A stretch of 64,000 bases of DNA, from positions 6,324,001 to 6,388,000 of the forward strand of contig JANJGN010000022.1 of the NCBI GenBank assembly GCA_026770705.1, given 5' to 3'. The stretch comes from Isurus oxyrinchus. Lineage: Eukaryota. The position numbers and the translations under genes were made by a program. This document shows, piece by piece, positions 11,811 through 25,710 of the stretch (position 1 is the stretch's first letter; the number at the start of each line of letters is the position of its first letter). The notes beneath the pieces are model-generated. The model saw only the letters and a list, made by a program, of their open reading frames with translations, ran no database searches and was not told the DNA's origin.

Positions 11811-12910
11811 TTATTGTAGTTATACCTCATACTGAATCTTAGAGTACATGATAGCCAATCTAATAGGTCATTAATATATTATGTAATACCAAACATAATA
11901 CTGTATCCAATATGCTAATACAGTATCTAATACTATAATTGGTACGGTATCTAATACTGTCTCTGATATTGTATTAATAGAGCATCTGATATAGTATTTA
12001 ATAGTGTATCCAACATCCTTCAGCATAGTTTTTTTATGATGTGAGGTGTTGAGGCTTTGATCTCTGCATATTTGACACCAGCCTGCAAGCAATTTAACGC
12101 ACCTGCTGTACACCTCGCTCAACCAGGTTAAAGTGAGCCATTAAATCTACAAATCACACCGCTGGCCATCCCCAGTCTGTCCTGGAACAAATTAAATGCT
12201 AATCTCCTTGGCTCTGAGGAATCTAAATCTGTTTCATTGTCTGCACTCCTCGCAGGAGGCCTGGCTAAGGGAAGGTGGTGGGGGAGGGGGAGGGGGTGCG
12301 TGGGGTAGCGGAGAACATCTAGGTTTAACTTCTAAACTGCAAGGGCAATGCATGATTGTTGCTATGAACTGTATTTTAGTAACATTTTGTCACTTTTTAC
12401 AGAAGCTGCATTTGTCAGATGGGGACAGAAACCACAGTTGTGGATTCTTGCTGATTGTGCTGCCCTCTTGTGTCAGTTGGACTCTACTGCGCTGTGTAAT
12501 AGTGAAGAATTGGGATTCAGGTGACACTTTAACGTCAGTTATTTCTTTAACAAACCTGACAAACTAATGTTGTGCATTGTGGAAATCAGGAGACACTGTC
12601 CTAAGTATCAAAAATTCCCGGACCTCGGGGATTTAAAAAAAAATTAAAAGTGGCGTCACGGTAAATCTGTGATCTGATTGGCTGGTAGAGAATCTACACT
12701 GAATTTGAAACTAAAACATTGTTAAACTAATTAAACCAAATAAATTAATCACTTAATTAATAAGAAGAGGGTATCTAGACCAGAATCAGGAGATTACTGT
12801 TCTTAGAATTTAGCATTTATAGTAGAAATCTAGCCCTAGGGAACATATAGTTAATAAGGAGTCAAGAAGCAGTTATTAGATTTAAATTAATTTATTAAAT
12901 AGTTCTAGAA

Positions 12911-13845
12911 ATGGCAGTTGCTGGGGTGAAGTGCTTCACCTGTGGGATGTGGGAAATCTGTGATGCTTCAAGTGTCCCGGACAACTACATCTGCGGGAAG
13001 GAAACCCAATTGCAGCTCCTAGACCGCAGGGATCGGTTGGAGCAGCAGCTGGATGCACTTAGGAGCATTCAGGTGGCGGAAAGCGTCATTGACAGGAATT
13101 TTACAGACGTGGTCACACCCAAGGTACAGACAGATAGATGGGTGACTGCTAGAAAGGGCAGGCAGTCAGTGCAGAAATCCCCTGTGGCTGTCCCCCTCTC
13201 TAACAGGTATACCGTTCTGGATACTGTTGGGGGGATGGCCTATCAGGGGAAAACAACAGCAGTAGCCAGAGCAGTGGCACCACAGCTGTCTCTGTTGTTC
13301 AGCTGGAGGTGGGGGGGTGGTGGTCAAAGCACAGAAGAGCAATTGTCCTAGGGGACTCTATAGTCAGGGACTCAGATAGGCGCTTCTGTGTTCGTGAAAG
13401 AGACACCAGGATGGTATGTTGCCTCCCTGGTGCCAGGGTCCAGGATGTCTCTGATCGGGTTTGGGATATTCTGAAGGGGGAGGGAGAACAGCCAGAGGTC
13501 GTGGTACACATTGGTACTAACAACATAGGCAGAAAGAGTGATGAGGTCCTGCAGCGGGAGTTCAGGGAGTTAGGCAGAAAGTTAAAAAACAGGACCTCTA
13601 AGGTTGTAATCTCAGGATTACTCCCTGTGCCACGTGCCAGTGAGGCTAGAAAAAGGAAGATAATGCAGCTGAACACATGGCTGGACATTTGGTGTAGGAG
13701 GGAGGGTTTCCGATATCTGGATCATTGGGATCTCTTCCGGGGCAGGTGGGACCTGTACAAGAAGGACAGGTTGCATCTAAACTGGAGGGGCACCAATATC
13801 CTGGCTGCGAGGTTTGCTTGTGTCACTTGGAAGGGTTTAAACTAG
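12911..13845 (+). pseudogene. CR1 ORF1: Cys zinc finger/leucine zipper and SGNH/GDSL esterase, frameshifted
   Basis: CFTCGMWE...YICGK, PLSNRYTVL, and the esterase blocks IVLGDSIVR, HIGTNN and DRLHLN, split over two frames near G-runs. Confidence 0.88.
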
Positions 13846-13989
13846 TATGGGGTGGGGGGGGGTGGGTGGAGGAGGAACCAGAGCAATAGGTCAGCTGGTG
13901 ATATAAAGGACTGGGAACCAGTGAATATGGCCAGTAGGACTAAGAGGAAGGGCAGGCAAGGAGAAATTATTGAACACAGTGGGACTGGG

Positions 13990-16763
13990 GATCTGAAACG
14001 CATTTGTTTCAATGCGAGAAGTATAACAGGCAAGGCAGATGAGCTTAGAGCTTGGATTAGTACTTGGGATTATGATATTACTGCTATTACAGAGACTTGG
14101 TTGAAGCATGGACAGGATTGGCAAATAAACGTTCCAGGATTTAGATGTTTCAGGCAGGATGGAGAAGGATGTAGAAGAGGTGGGGGAGTTGCACTGCTGG
14201 TTAAGGAGAATATCACAGCTGTACGACCGGAGGACACCTCCGAGGGCTCATGCAGCGAGGCAATATGGGTAGAGCTCCGGAATAGGAAGGGTGCAGTCAC
14301 AATGTTGGGGGTTTACTATAGGCCTCCCAATTGCTGGCGGGAGATTGAGGAACAGTTATGTAGGCAGATTTTAGAAAGATGTAAGAGCAATAGGGTTGTT
14401 GTGGTGGGTGATTTTAACTTTCCCTATATTGACTGGGAATCACTTAGTGCTAGGGGTTTGGATGGTGCAGAATTTATTAGGTGCATCCAAGAGGGCTTCC
14501 TGAGACAATATGTAGATAGTCCAACTAGGGAAGGGGCAATACTGGACCTGGTAGTAGGGAATGAACCCGGCCAGGTGGTCGAAGTTTCAGTAGGAGAGTG
14601 TTTCAGTAAAAGTGAACATAATTCAGTAAGTTTCAAGGTACTGGTGGATAAGGATAACAGGAGTCCTCAGGTTAAGGTGTTTAATTGGGGGAAGGCTAAT
14701 TATAACAATATTAGGCAGGAACTGAGGAATCTAGACTGGAGGCAGACGTTTGAGAGCAAATCAACAACTGACATATGGGGGGCTTTCAAACATCAGTTGA
14801 TAAGAATTCAGGACCGGCATGTTCCTGCTAGGATGAAGGATAAGCATGGCAAGTTTCAGGAACCTTGGATAACGAAGGATATTGTGAGATTAGTCAAAAA
14901 GAAAAGGGAAGCATTCGTTAGGGCTAGTAGGCTGGGAACAGATGAAGCCTGTGGAGAATATAAGGAAAGTAGGAAGAAACTTAGCAAGGAGTCAGGACGG
15001 CTAAAAGGGGTCATGAAAGTCACTGGCAACCAGGATTAAGGAAAATCCCAAGGCCTTTTATACATATGTAAAAAGCAAGAGGGTAGCCAGGGAAAGGGTA
15101 GGCCCACTCAGGGACAGAGGTGGGAATCTGTGTGTGGATCCAGAAGACATGGGAGAGATACTAAATGAATACCTCATCAGTATTCACCAAAGAGAAGGAC
15201 TTAACAGTCGATTTGTCTAGGGAAGTGTGTGTAGATAGCCTGGATCATGTTGAGATCAAAAAAGAGGCGTTAGGCGTCTTGAAGAATATTAAGGTGGATA
15301 AGTCCCCAGGGCCAGATGGGATCTACCCCAGAGTATTGAGGGAGGCAAGGGAGGAGATTGCTGGGTTCTTGACAGAAATCTTTGTATTCTCACTGGCTAC
15401 GGCCAATGTTGTTCCATTGTTTAAGAAGGGTAGCAGGGATAATCCAGGAAATTACAGGCCGGTGAGCCTTACGTCAGTGATAAGGAAATTATTGGAGAAG
15501 ATTCTTTGTGACAGGATTTACTACCATTTGGAAGCAAATGGGCGTATTAGTGAGAGGCAGCATGGTTTTGTGAAGGGGAGGTCGTATCTCACTAACTTGA
15601 TCGAGTTTTTCAAGGAAGTGACAAAGATGATTGACAATGGAAGGGCGGTGGATGTTATATACATGGATTTCAGTAAGGCCTTTAACAAGGTCCCTCATGG
15701 CAGACTGGTACAGAAGGTAAAGTCGCACGGGATCAGAGGTGAGCTGGCAAGATGGATACAGAATTGGCTTGGTCATAGAAGACAGAGGGTAGCACTGGAA
15801 GGGTGCTTTTCTGAATGGAGAGCTGTGACTAGTGGAGTTCCGCAGGGATCAGTGCTGGGACCTTTGCTGTTTGTAGTATACATAAATGATTTGGAGGAAA
15901 ATGTAACTGGGCTAATTAGTAAGTTTGCAGACGACACTAAGGTTGGAGGAGTTGCAGATAGTGAAGAGGATTGTCAAAGGATACAACGGGATATAGATCG
16001 GTTGGAGACTTGAGCGAAGAAATGGCAGATGGAGTTTAATCCGGACAAATGCGAGGTAATGCATTTTGGAAGGTCTAATACAGGCAGGAATTATACAGTA
16101 AATGGCAGAACCCTTAAGTGCATCGACGGGCAGAGGGATCTGGGTGTATGGGTCCACAGGTCACTGAAAGTGGCAATGCAGGTGGATAAGGTAGTCAGGA
16201 AGACATATGGCATGCTTGCCTTCATTGGCAGGGGTATTGAGTATAAAAGCTGGGAAGTCATGCTGCAGCTGTATAGAAACTTGGTTAGGCCACACTTGGA
16301 ATATTGTGTGCATTTCTGGTCGCCACATTACCAGAAGGATATGGAGGCATTGGAGAGGGTGCAGAGGAGGTTTACCAGGATGCTGCCTGGTCTGGAGGTT
16401 ATTAGCTATGAGGAGAGGTTGGAGAAACTTGGATTGTTCTCACTAGAGCGACGGAGATTGAGGGGCGACTTGATAGAAGTTTACAAAATTATGAGTGGCA
16501 TGGACAGAGTAGATAGTCAGAAGCTTTTTCCCAGGGTGGAAGAGTCAATTACTAGGGGACATAGATTTAAGGTGAGGGGAGAAAACTATAAAGGTGATGT
16601 ACGGGGCAAGTTTTTTACACAGAGGGTAGTGAGTGTCTGGAATTCGCTGCCAGAGGAGGTGGTGGAAGCAGGTACAATACTGGTGTTTAAGAGGCAGCTT
16701 GACAAATACATGAATAGGATGGGAATAGAGGGATACGGACCCCAGAAGTGCAAAATGTTTTAG
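13990..16763 (+). pseudogene. CR1 ORF2: APE endonuclease and reverse transcriptase, disrupted
   Basis: Motifs FNARSI, ITETW, YYRPP, GDFNFP, NYRPVSLTS, QHGF, GVPQGSVLGP, KFADD and RPHLEYCV. Frameshifts near 15000-15170, a premature TGA at 16011-16013, and a short in-frame deletion (LATANVVPLFKK). Confidence 0.93.
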
Positions 16764-19070
16764 TTGACGGGCAATATGATCGGCGCAGGCTTGGAGGGCC
16801 AAAGGGCCTGTTCCTGTGCTGTACTTTTCTTTGTTCTTTGTTCTTTGTTCTAGAAAATTGTGTCAAGAAAGAAAAGAACCAAGGCCATTAACATCTCGTC
16901 TGAAAGACAGCAGTACTGCACTGAAGTATGGTTCAAATCTCTGGAATGGGATTTAAACTCACAACCTTCTATCTCAGAGGTGAGGTTGATACCTACTAAG
17001 CCATGGCCAATACTTGGGCTGGCATAAGAGATTGGCTGATAGGCTTTAGAGGAACAAGAAATGACCTCCAACTCTTCCAACTTACTCCATCGTCCAGGCT
17101 CACCAATTAAAAGTATGGGTCCCTTTTGAACAAGTTTGTGATTTATTTTAGAACTGCCAATGAGATATAATTTCCATGTACCCATTCAGAATGTCACCTC
17201 ACATTGCAGGCAATTGCTCCCTCATTGTACAGAAACCCCAGGTTCAGGCAGGCACTCCCTCCTGTACCAATGCGATACTCCACATTTCCCCATAGATCTG
17301 TGGCCTCCCTCAGCCGGATTGACAACTTGGTGCTGAATGAGAAGGTTAACAATCCCTCCAAAACAGCTATATTGACATACTATTTTAAACAGATTGTTTG
17401 CGGAGACCAGAAATGTCACAATTAAAATAACATTGAAATAAAACTCTCGACAGACACCAGTTAAATAGATCCAAACTCACAGTCAAGGTCTGAAAAATAT
17501 TTGCTGTATTCAGCATTTTGAACAATGGGAGTCTCCCACAGTTAAACCACTATAAAATATTAAAAGGGAAGAGACTGCTTGCTGCATTAAATTGGATGTG
17601 AATGCGACAGATTTCAAAGAGATCAGAATAATGAATTTACATCATAAAATGCACATATTCCTTTCAAACTCCTCCTTGACATCTCTGGAAGGCACTTAAT
17701 AGAGAATAGGTTCAAAGTAGCACAGATTCCTGCTGCTATTGAAAGCAGGAGGTGGCCAGGCCAGATCCCAATACTTGTAACGTATTTCTCTTTTCTATAC
17801 TAAGTATGCTTCTGATACTTTACTGCTAAATAAGACAGAGTGAGCAACACACAAAGACCAATTCTCACCTTGAGATTTGCTTAAGAAACACCAAAGGAGG
17901 CAAAAAATATTAGTTGAGACGTCCTCCAGTCTGAAATTGCTTGATAAAATCAAAGAAATTTCCAAGAAGGAGAATTGAAAGTTTTCTTCCTTTCTAATAC
18001 AGTTCAGCAGCCTTGAAAAAATGAAAATTAACTTGGTTTAACCGTCAGCTATGACTCAGTGAATAGTATTCTTGCCTCTGAGTCCCACTCTGTGACACCT
18101 GAGATCAAATGCTAAGCTGATAATTCAGCATGGAACTGAGGGAGCCCTGTGCTGTCAGAGACGCAGTCTTCCAGGTAGGATGTTAAAACTGAGGCCCATC
18201 CACCCTCTCCGGTGGATGTAGAAGATGGTACGGCACTATTTTAAAGAAAGCAGGAGAGTTCTCCCTGGCTATCCATAATCACCTAAATCAGCCATTTATC
18301 TCAGTTCCTGCTGTATGGGAATTACTTCATTGTGGAGCTTCACACTTTGGGGTTCTCTCAAGTTATGAAAGGAGCTTTGGACTTACAAAGATCTTTTGTC
18401 TTTATATTGCACCTTTCATGTCTTCAAATTTGTTTAAACCACTTAAAACCCATTAAAAGCAAATCCTAAACTCCTTCTGCAGGACTGTAAGTTACTGTTG
18501 TTATGCTGACAAATGAAATAGGCAATTTCCACACAGAAAGCTCCCACAAACAGCAATGAGATAAATAACTGGTTTTGTTTGGCCAGGCCACCAGGATAGC
18601 TCCCCTGCACTTCTTCAAATAGTGCCATGGCATCCTTTACATCCACTGGGAGAGACCGATGAGGCTTCAGTTTAACATTTCTCCCAAAAGATGCCATCTC
18701 ATACAATAATCACACTTCCTGGTATTGTGCTGAAGATACTGCAGTTGATAGTGTTTATGTCAAACATATTTATCTCATTGAATTGACCACATGGCTGATC
18801 TTTGTTCCTCCTTTAATATTTCATTTCCATAAGTTGGGAGGTTGTATAATTAGGTCACCATTTTTTGTACTTGGTGACAGTCAAAACCAGCCATTCACTC
18901 GAGAGGTCAGTTCAGTTAAAGTGGAAGGACGATTATGTGGAATATAAACATGACCAGTTGGACCAAATGATCTGTTTCTGTGCTGCATGTTCTATGATAG
19001 GATAGGTTGAAATATAAATCCCATGGCATTATTACAAGAACAGCAGAGGGGTTTTCCTGGTATCAATGAG

Positions 19071-21043
19071 CAGTGCAGGAAGGCATGTCAGGAGCAGCAC
19101 CAGGCATACCTAAAAATGAGGTGTCACCCTGGTAAAGCTACAACACAGGACTATTTGCATGCCAAACCCCATAAGAAACAAGTAATAGACAGAGCTAAGT
19201 AATTCCAAAACCAATGGATCAGATCTAAGCTCTGCAGCCCTGCCATATCTAGACATGAATGGTGGTGGGCAATTAAACAACTCACTGCAGGAGGAAGCTT
19301 CACAAATATCCCCATCTTCAATGATGGGGGAGCCCAGAACATCAGTGCAAAAGATAAGGGTGAAGCATTTGCAACAGTCTTCAGCCAGAAGTGTTGAGTG
19401 GATGATCCATCTCGGCTTCCTCCAGAGGTCCCCAGCATCACAGACGTCAGTCTTCAGCCAATTTGATTCACTCCATGTGATATCAAGAAACAGCTGAAGG
19501 CACTGGAAATGGGCCCTGACAATGTTCCGGCAATAGTACTGAAGACTTGTGCTCCAGAACTTGCTTTGCCCCTAGCCAAGCTGTTCCATTACAGCTACAA
19601 CACTGACATCTACCTGGCAATGTGGAAAATTACCCAGGTATGCCCTGTCCACAAAAATCAGGATAATTCCAACCCGGCCAATCAGTCCATCAGTCTACTC
19701 TCCATCATCAGTAAAGTAATGGAAGGGGTCATCAACAGTGCTATCAAGCAGCACTTGCTTAGCAATAACCTGTTCACTGATGCTCAGTTTGTGTTCCATC
19801 AGAGTCTCTCAGCTCCTGATCTCATTACAGCCTTGGTTCAAACAAGGACAAAAGAGCTGAACTCCCGAGGTGAGGTGGGAGTGACTGCCCTTCACATCAA
19901 GGCAGCATTTGATTGAGTGTGGCATCAAGGAGCCCTAGCAAAACTGAAGTCAGTGGGAATCGGGGGAAAACTCTCCACTGGTTGGAGTAATTCCTAGCAT
20001 GAAGAAAGATGGTTGTGGGTGTTGGACGACAATTATCTCAGTTCTAGGACATCGCTACAGGAGTTCCTCAGGGTAGTGACTGAGGCCCAATCATTTCAGC
20101 TGCTTCATGAAAGACCTTCCTTCCATCATAAGGTCAGACATGGGGAAGTTCACTGATGACTGCACAATGTTCAGCACCATTCGCAGCTCCTCAGAAATTG
20201 AAGCAGTCCATGTCCAAATGCAGCAAAATCTGGACAATATCCAGGCTTGGGCTGACAAGTGGCAAGTCACATTTGCACCACACAAGTGCCAGGCAGTGAT
20301 CATCTTCAACAAGATATAATCAAACCATCTCCCCTTGACATTCAATGGTATTACGATTACTCAATCCCCCACTATCAATATCCTGGGGGTTACTATTGAC
20401 CAGAAACTGAACCAGACTAGCCATATAAATACTGTAGCTACAAGAGCAGGCCAGAGGCTAGGAATCTTTGGCAAGTAACTCACCTCCTGACTCCTCATGC
20501 CTGTCCACCATTTACAAAGCACAAGTCAGGAGTGTGATGGAATACTCTACACTTGCCTGATAAGTGCAGCTCCAACAACACTCAAGAAGCTTGACACCAT
20601 CCAGGACAAAGCAGCCCGCTCGATTGGCACCACATTCACAAACATTCACTCCCTCCACCCTGATGCACCGTAGCAGCAGTGTGTGTACCATATACAAGAT
20701 GCACTGCAAGAACTCACCAAGGCTCCTTAGACATCACCTTCCAAACCCATGACTGCTACCATCTAGAAGGACAAGGGCAGCAGGTACATGGGAACATCAC
20801 CACCTGGAAGTTCCCCTCCAAACCACTCACTATCCTGACTTGGAAATATATCGCCGTTCCTTCATTGTTGCTGGGTCAAAATCCGGAACTCCCTCCCTAA
20901 CAGCATTGTGGGTGTACCTACACCACATGGACTGCAGCAGTTCAAGAAGGCAGCTCACCACCACCTTCTCAAGGGAAGTTAGGGATGGGCAATAAATGCT
21001 GGCCCAGCCAGCAATGCCTACATCCCATAAATAAATTTAAAAA
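19071..21043 (+). mobile_element. Decayed RT-encoding LINE of the second CR1-group family, inserted into a DeuSINE
   Basis: Encodes GPDNVPAIVLKTCAPELALPLAKLF, GVPQGS, KFTDDCT and WADKWQVTFAPHKCQ. Deu-domain SINE halves flank it at about 19005-19070 and 21044-21230. Confidence 0.88.
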
Positions 21044-22059
21044 ACATAATCCCCCAAAGAACACCATCAAAAACAGATCATCTGGTTATCTCACTATCAG
21101 TGGGGCCTTACTCCACACAAACTACCTGCCATGTTTGCCTACATAACCATGACTGGACTTCAAAAGTACCTTATTAGCTTCAAGATGGCCTGAGGATGTG
21201 AAAGGTGCAATATTAATGCAATATCTTCATCTACTTCTGGATGAGGAAGATAGTTTCTGGAGAACAAAGAGTCTTTTTTTTAGGATGGGTCCATATTATC
21301 AGTGGGGGTCCAGGTGATGTTAAGTTCACAGATTTTAACTGTACTTATTAACCTTCCTCGGGAAACGTGAATAAATGTCCCCAGTGTCACAACTCAATGA
21401 GCCAACAGCCTTATCTCACTACAGGCTTCTCTCAGTCCATATATTATCAGTCCCAGTTAAGTTTTGATGTCTCCCACCTGATAATATGTTTCTTCATTTG
21501 TTTTTTTTTTGATACAGTGATAATCTGCCCTAATTGCACAAAGTTTGCACTTGGTCGTTGGAATGATAAAAATTGATGCTGTTGGATCACATCAATCGTT
21601 CATCACCTACCAGTAATTACTGGACTGTATCAGACACATACAGTCATTATTAATTTATTATCTAACAGATACCAAAGACACCCCATGTTACACTACACTG
21701 CATCAGATTTGAGAGAGTTCCCTTTGAAGAGCTTTATGTAAATGAGAAGCTGCTGTGCTCTTGTTTTCTAAGTTTCTTTAATGTTGTATTCAAGGGTGCA
21801 TGGAGCAGGGAACAGGCTTCAGAATGGAAACGTGCTCTTTTGCTGCATTTACCCAGCAAACACAAGAGTAGGATTATTTCAGATTGTGTACATTGTGCCC
21901 CTGGCTCCTGAGTATCTAAGTCCCACTCACTAATGTGGCAGGGATTTCCATTCTGAAACAAAATATTGCAACTGTTGGAAAACTGAAATTAAAACCAGAA
22001 AATGCTGGAAACATTCAGCAGATCAGGCAGGATCTGTGGAGAGGGAAGTCAGATTAATT

Positions 22060-23985
22060 TTTCTGTTGAATGTCATTCCTCTTGGTAAACACTTCATCTG
22101 CACTCCTGTAGGTCCAGTGGACACAGACTTGGACAGATATGGCAGACAATTAATTTAATAATTTACTGCCAGATCTGGCTGGAGCACCTAAAGCACAACC
22201 GATCCTGCTCTCGTTTACCAAAGTTCCCTATGTCAGGGTCACCCCGGAATGAAAATTAACCCCAGCTTCTTTGCTGCAAACAGTCTTCTTAAACTATTCT
22301 CTCCTGTCCTCTCCACCCTCACATCCAACAATAAGTTTGAGGAGCTCATGAGCTCCTTTGTCACTAAAATTGAGACCATTCGATCTACTGCTTTTTACTT
22401 CTGCTATCCCAACAGCCCACACATCCTCTAAAGTTCCCCGCTGCCCTAGCCGCGAACTGTTCGTTGGCTTCTCTTCCATCTTCCCTCATGCCCTTGTCAA
22501 GCCCATCTTGTCCATCAGACCCATCTCCTGCTCCCATGATACTACTCCCTAAACTGCTGACCACCCGTTTCTCCTCCTGGCCCTCGTGTTAGCTGATATT
22601 ATTAATGGTTCTTTCTCTTCAGGTACTGTCCCCCTCTGGTTCAAATCTGCAATCATCACCCTCTCCTCAAAAAGAACTTAACTCCTTCACCCTTACAAAC
22701 TACGCCCCATCTGCAACTTCCCTTTGCTCTCCAAAATCCTTGATCATGTTGTTGCCTCCCAGATCCCCATTTTTGCAGGGACTCCATGGTTGAATCCCTC
22801 CAATCAGGTTTCCACCCCTGCCATAGTTATTGAATTGACTTTTATCAAAGTCACAAATGACATCCTATGTAACTGTGACAAAGGTAAATATCTCACCATC
22901 CTTTTTAGCCTGTATGCAACCTTTGACATGGTTGACCATATCATCCTTCTCCAATGCCTCTCCGTTGTCATCCAGCTACGTGGGACTGCATTCAACTGCT
23001 TCCATTCTTATCTATTTAATTGTAGATAGAGAATCACCTGCAATGTTTTCTCTTTCCATTCCCATACCATTACATTCAGCATCCACCAGGGATCTATCCA
23101 TGACCCCCCTCTCCTATTTTGCATCTACATGCTGCTCCTTAGTGATGTCTTCCAAAAACATATTCTTAGTTTCCACATGTATGCTGACGACACTCAGCTT
23201 TGTCACACCACCATCTTTCTAAACATCCCTACTGCCTCTAAACTGTTAGACTGCTTGTCCAATATCCAGTATTGGATGAGCAGGAAGTTCCTCCAATTAA
23301 ATATGGTGTCTTTGGTTCCTGCTATAAACTCTGTCCCTTAGCCACTGACTCTATCCCTCTCTCTGGCAACTGTCTGAGGTTAAACCAGATGGTTCACAAT
23401 CTTGGTGTCATACTTGACCCCAAGATGAGTTTCTAACCACATAGCTGCACCATCACTAAAGTCAACCATTTCCACCTCAGTAACATTGTCTTAATTTAGG
23501 CATGCCTCAGCTCATCTGCTACCGAAACCCTCATTCAGTCTTTGTTACCTCTAGATTTGACTATTCCAATGAACCCTTGACTGGTTTCCCACATCTACCC
23601 TCCATAAACTTCTGTTGTCCAATCGCATTGACTTACCAATGTTGCATTCATTGACCTACATTGATCCTGGTCAAGCAGCAACTTGATCTTAAAATTCTCA
23701 TCCTTGTTTTCATATCTCTCCATGGCCTCACCTGCCTCTATCTCTGTAAGCTCCTCCAGCCCTACAATCCTCCCTAGTAATTGTGCTCCTCGAATTCTGG
23801 CCTCATGAGCATCCCCAATTTTAACTGCTTCATCATTGGTGGCTGTGCCTTCAGATACCAAGGCTCTAAGCTCTGGAATCGCTTTGTAAACCTCTCCGCC
23901 TCTCTTTTCTCCTTTGAGATGTTTCTTAAAACCTACTTTTTTGACCAACCTATCTGCTCTAATATCTCATTATATGTGATTGGAG
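22060..23985 (+). mobile_element. Decayed L2 LINE (RT and 3' region)
   Basis: Fragments IKVTNDIL, ATFDMVDHIILL, FHMYADDTQL and IQYWMSRKFLQLN, followed by L2-type tctagatttgactattccaatg and a 3' segment. Confidence 0.85.
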
Positions 23986-25369
23986 AAGGTTTGCATGCAA
24001 ATATTCCTCTCTGGACAGGCAGGAGGAGAAGGCAATGTGAAATAAAGGGAATTCCACTTGTTTGGATTATTGGCCATTTCCTTACATGCAATATCCATCA
24101 TTGATAAAGATGCTTCTTTAACAAAGCCCACTGAGTCGACAGTTATACATCACTGAGAGACACATCTGGCACAGTCTCCTTGACCACTATCCAAAGAGAC
24201 ATCCAACAGTCTGTTTTACCATTGCATTTGATTTGGGTTGTTCTTGATCATGAATTTGGCTCATTTTATTTCAGGATATATTTCCAAATTTTCCCATTTT
24301 TCTACAATAATGAATTCCAGCTCTCTGCAACAGGAGCTCAAAAATTCCAGCTCCCTCCAACAGACCTCCACCTAATTCCTGCTCTACAGCATACCCAACA
24401 CCCAATCCCAGCACCCTCTTGAACACCAATCCCAGCTGCCTCCAGTACACCTTTAATACATCCTATGGTACACACACCCTCAACCAAATCACCTTTGCCT
24501 GAATCCCAGTCTCCACCATCATAATCCCTCAACTCTGGAACCGCTCACTCTCTCACCACATGCCCTTCCCCCACAATCAAATAAAACTTCATGTTGTCTT
24601 ACTGGAAAACAAGGCTCCTTTGCCAATCTCCTACTTTGTCAACACCTGTTATTGTCCTGTATTATACGTCTCAAACACCTTCTCAACGGTAACTAGGGAT
24701 GGGCAATAAATGCTGGCCCAGCCAGCAAAATCCACATCTCATGAATGAATAAAAAAAAATCTGAGATTCACATTTACTCACCTACAAGAGCAATTGATGT
24801 TAAAGAGAAGGTCAGATTGTAATCTAACTAAGAGTTTATACTAAATTGAAAACTTCATTAATTTTGATTACTTTGAATTGTTACTTTAACTGATACTCAG
24901 TACATGAACTAAAATTAGTTTCCAATGTTAACACATCTTCTTTATGGTAAATTTAGGTTTTACATTTTAAAAATTTCCATGAATTATTAATGAATTCCAT
25001 ATGTTCTTTTTCACTTTTCTGACTTTTTGCAAAGTTATTGAAAAAGGATGTGATTACATACAAAATATTCTCTCTTTTTAAGGAATTGATTTTGTTTTAA
25101 GGGTCAATATTGAAAAGGGCAGAAAAGGTGACAAATAAATCATTTATCCATTCTCATGCATTCATTAGTTTGTGATATTGAACCTTTCCTTGCATTTCCT
25201 GCACACTCCCTGATTCTTCATAAGATCTTTTTTGATTTGAGCGACATTATATAATAAGTATGTGAGAGAGGATCCTGTTACGTACAGTGCGCTTCCGCGG
25301 GGAATGAGTGATTACTTTCTTCTCTGTCGCCAAAAGGTTTTGAGGTCAGTTGTTGCTCCCTTACCATCA

Positions 25370-25710
25370 TAAGAACAAAAGAGATATAACCAGAAGATGG
25401 CCATACAGCCCCTCAAACCTGCTCTGCCTTTTGATAAATTCATGTCTGATCTTGTACCTCAATTCGACTTTCCTGCCTTAACCCCATATCCCTTGACTCC
25501 CTTTGTATTCACAAATCTGTGCCTTGAATATACTCAGCCACAAAGCATCCACAGCCCCCTGGGCTAGAGAATTCCAAAGATTCACAACCTTCTGATAGAA
25601 GAAATTTCTCCTCTTCTCAGTCCTAATTGGTTGATCCCTCATCCTTAGATCGCAACCGTGGTTCTAGAATCTCTTAGGAGGAGAAACAGCTCTCTTGTTG
25701 AGCCCTTTAA
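25370..25710 (-). mobile_element. CR1 3' fragment
   Basis: gaattccaaagattcacaacc...gaagaaatttctcctc, similar to 760-1100. Confidence 0.7.

Larger units (their letters stand above)
12630..16850 (+). mobile_element. Near-full-length CR1 LINE, inactivated by frameshifts and stops
   Basis: Probable 5' UTR, ORF1 (zinc finger/leucine zipper plus SGNH esterase), ORF2 (APE endonuclease plus RT) and a 3' (TTCTTTG)n tail at about 16827-16850. The 5' boundary is approximate. Confidence 0.93.

Noticed and set aside
12902-16855. gttctagaaa at 12902-12911 and 16846-16855 as a TSD for the CR1
   Set aside because: It overlaps the ORF1 ATG and the tail repeat and would exclude the probable 5' UTR. Treated as coincidental, though not excluded.
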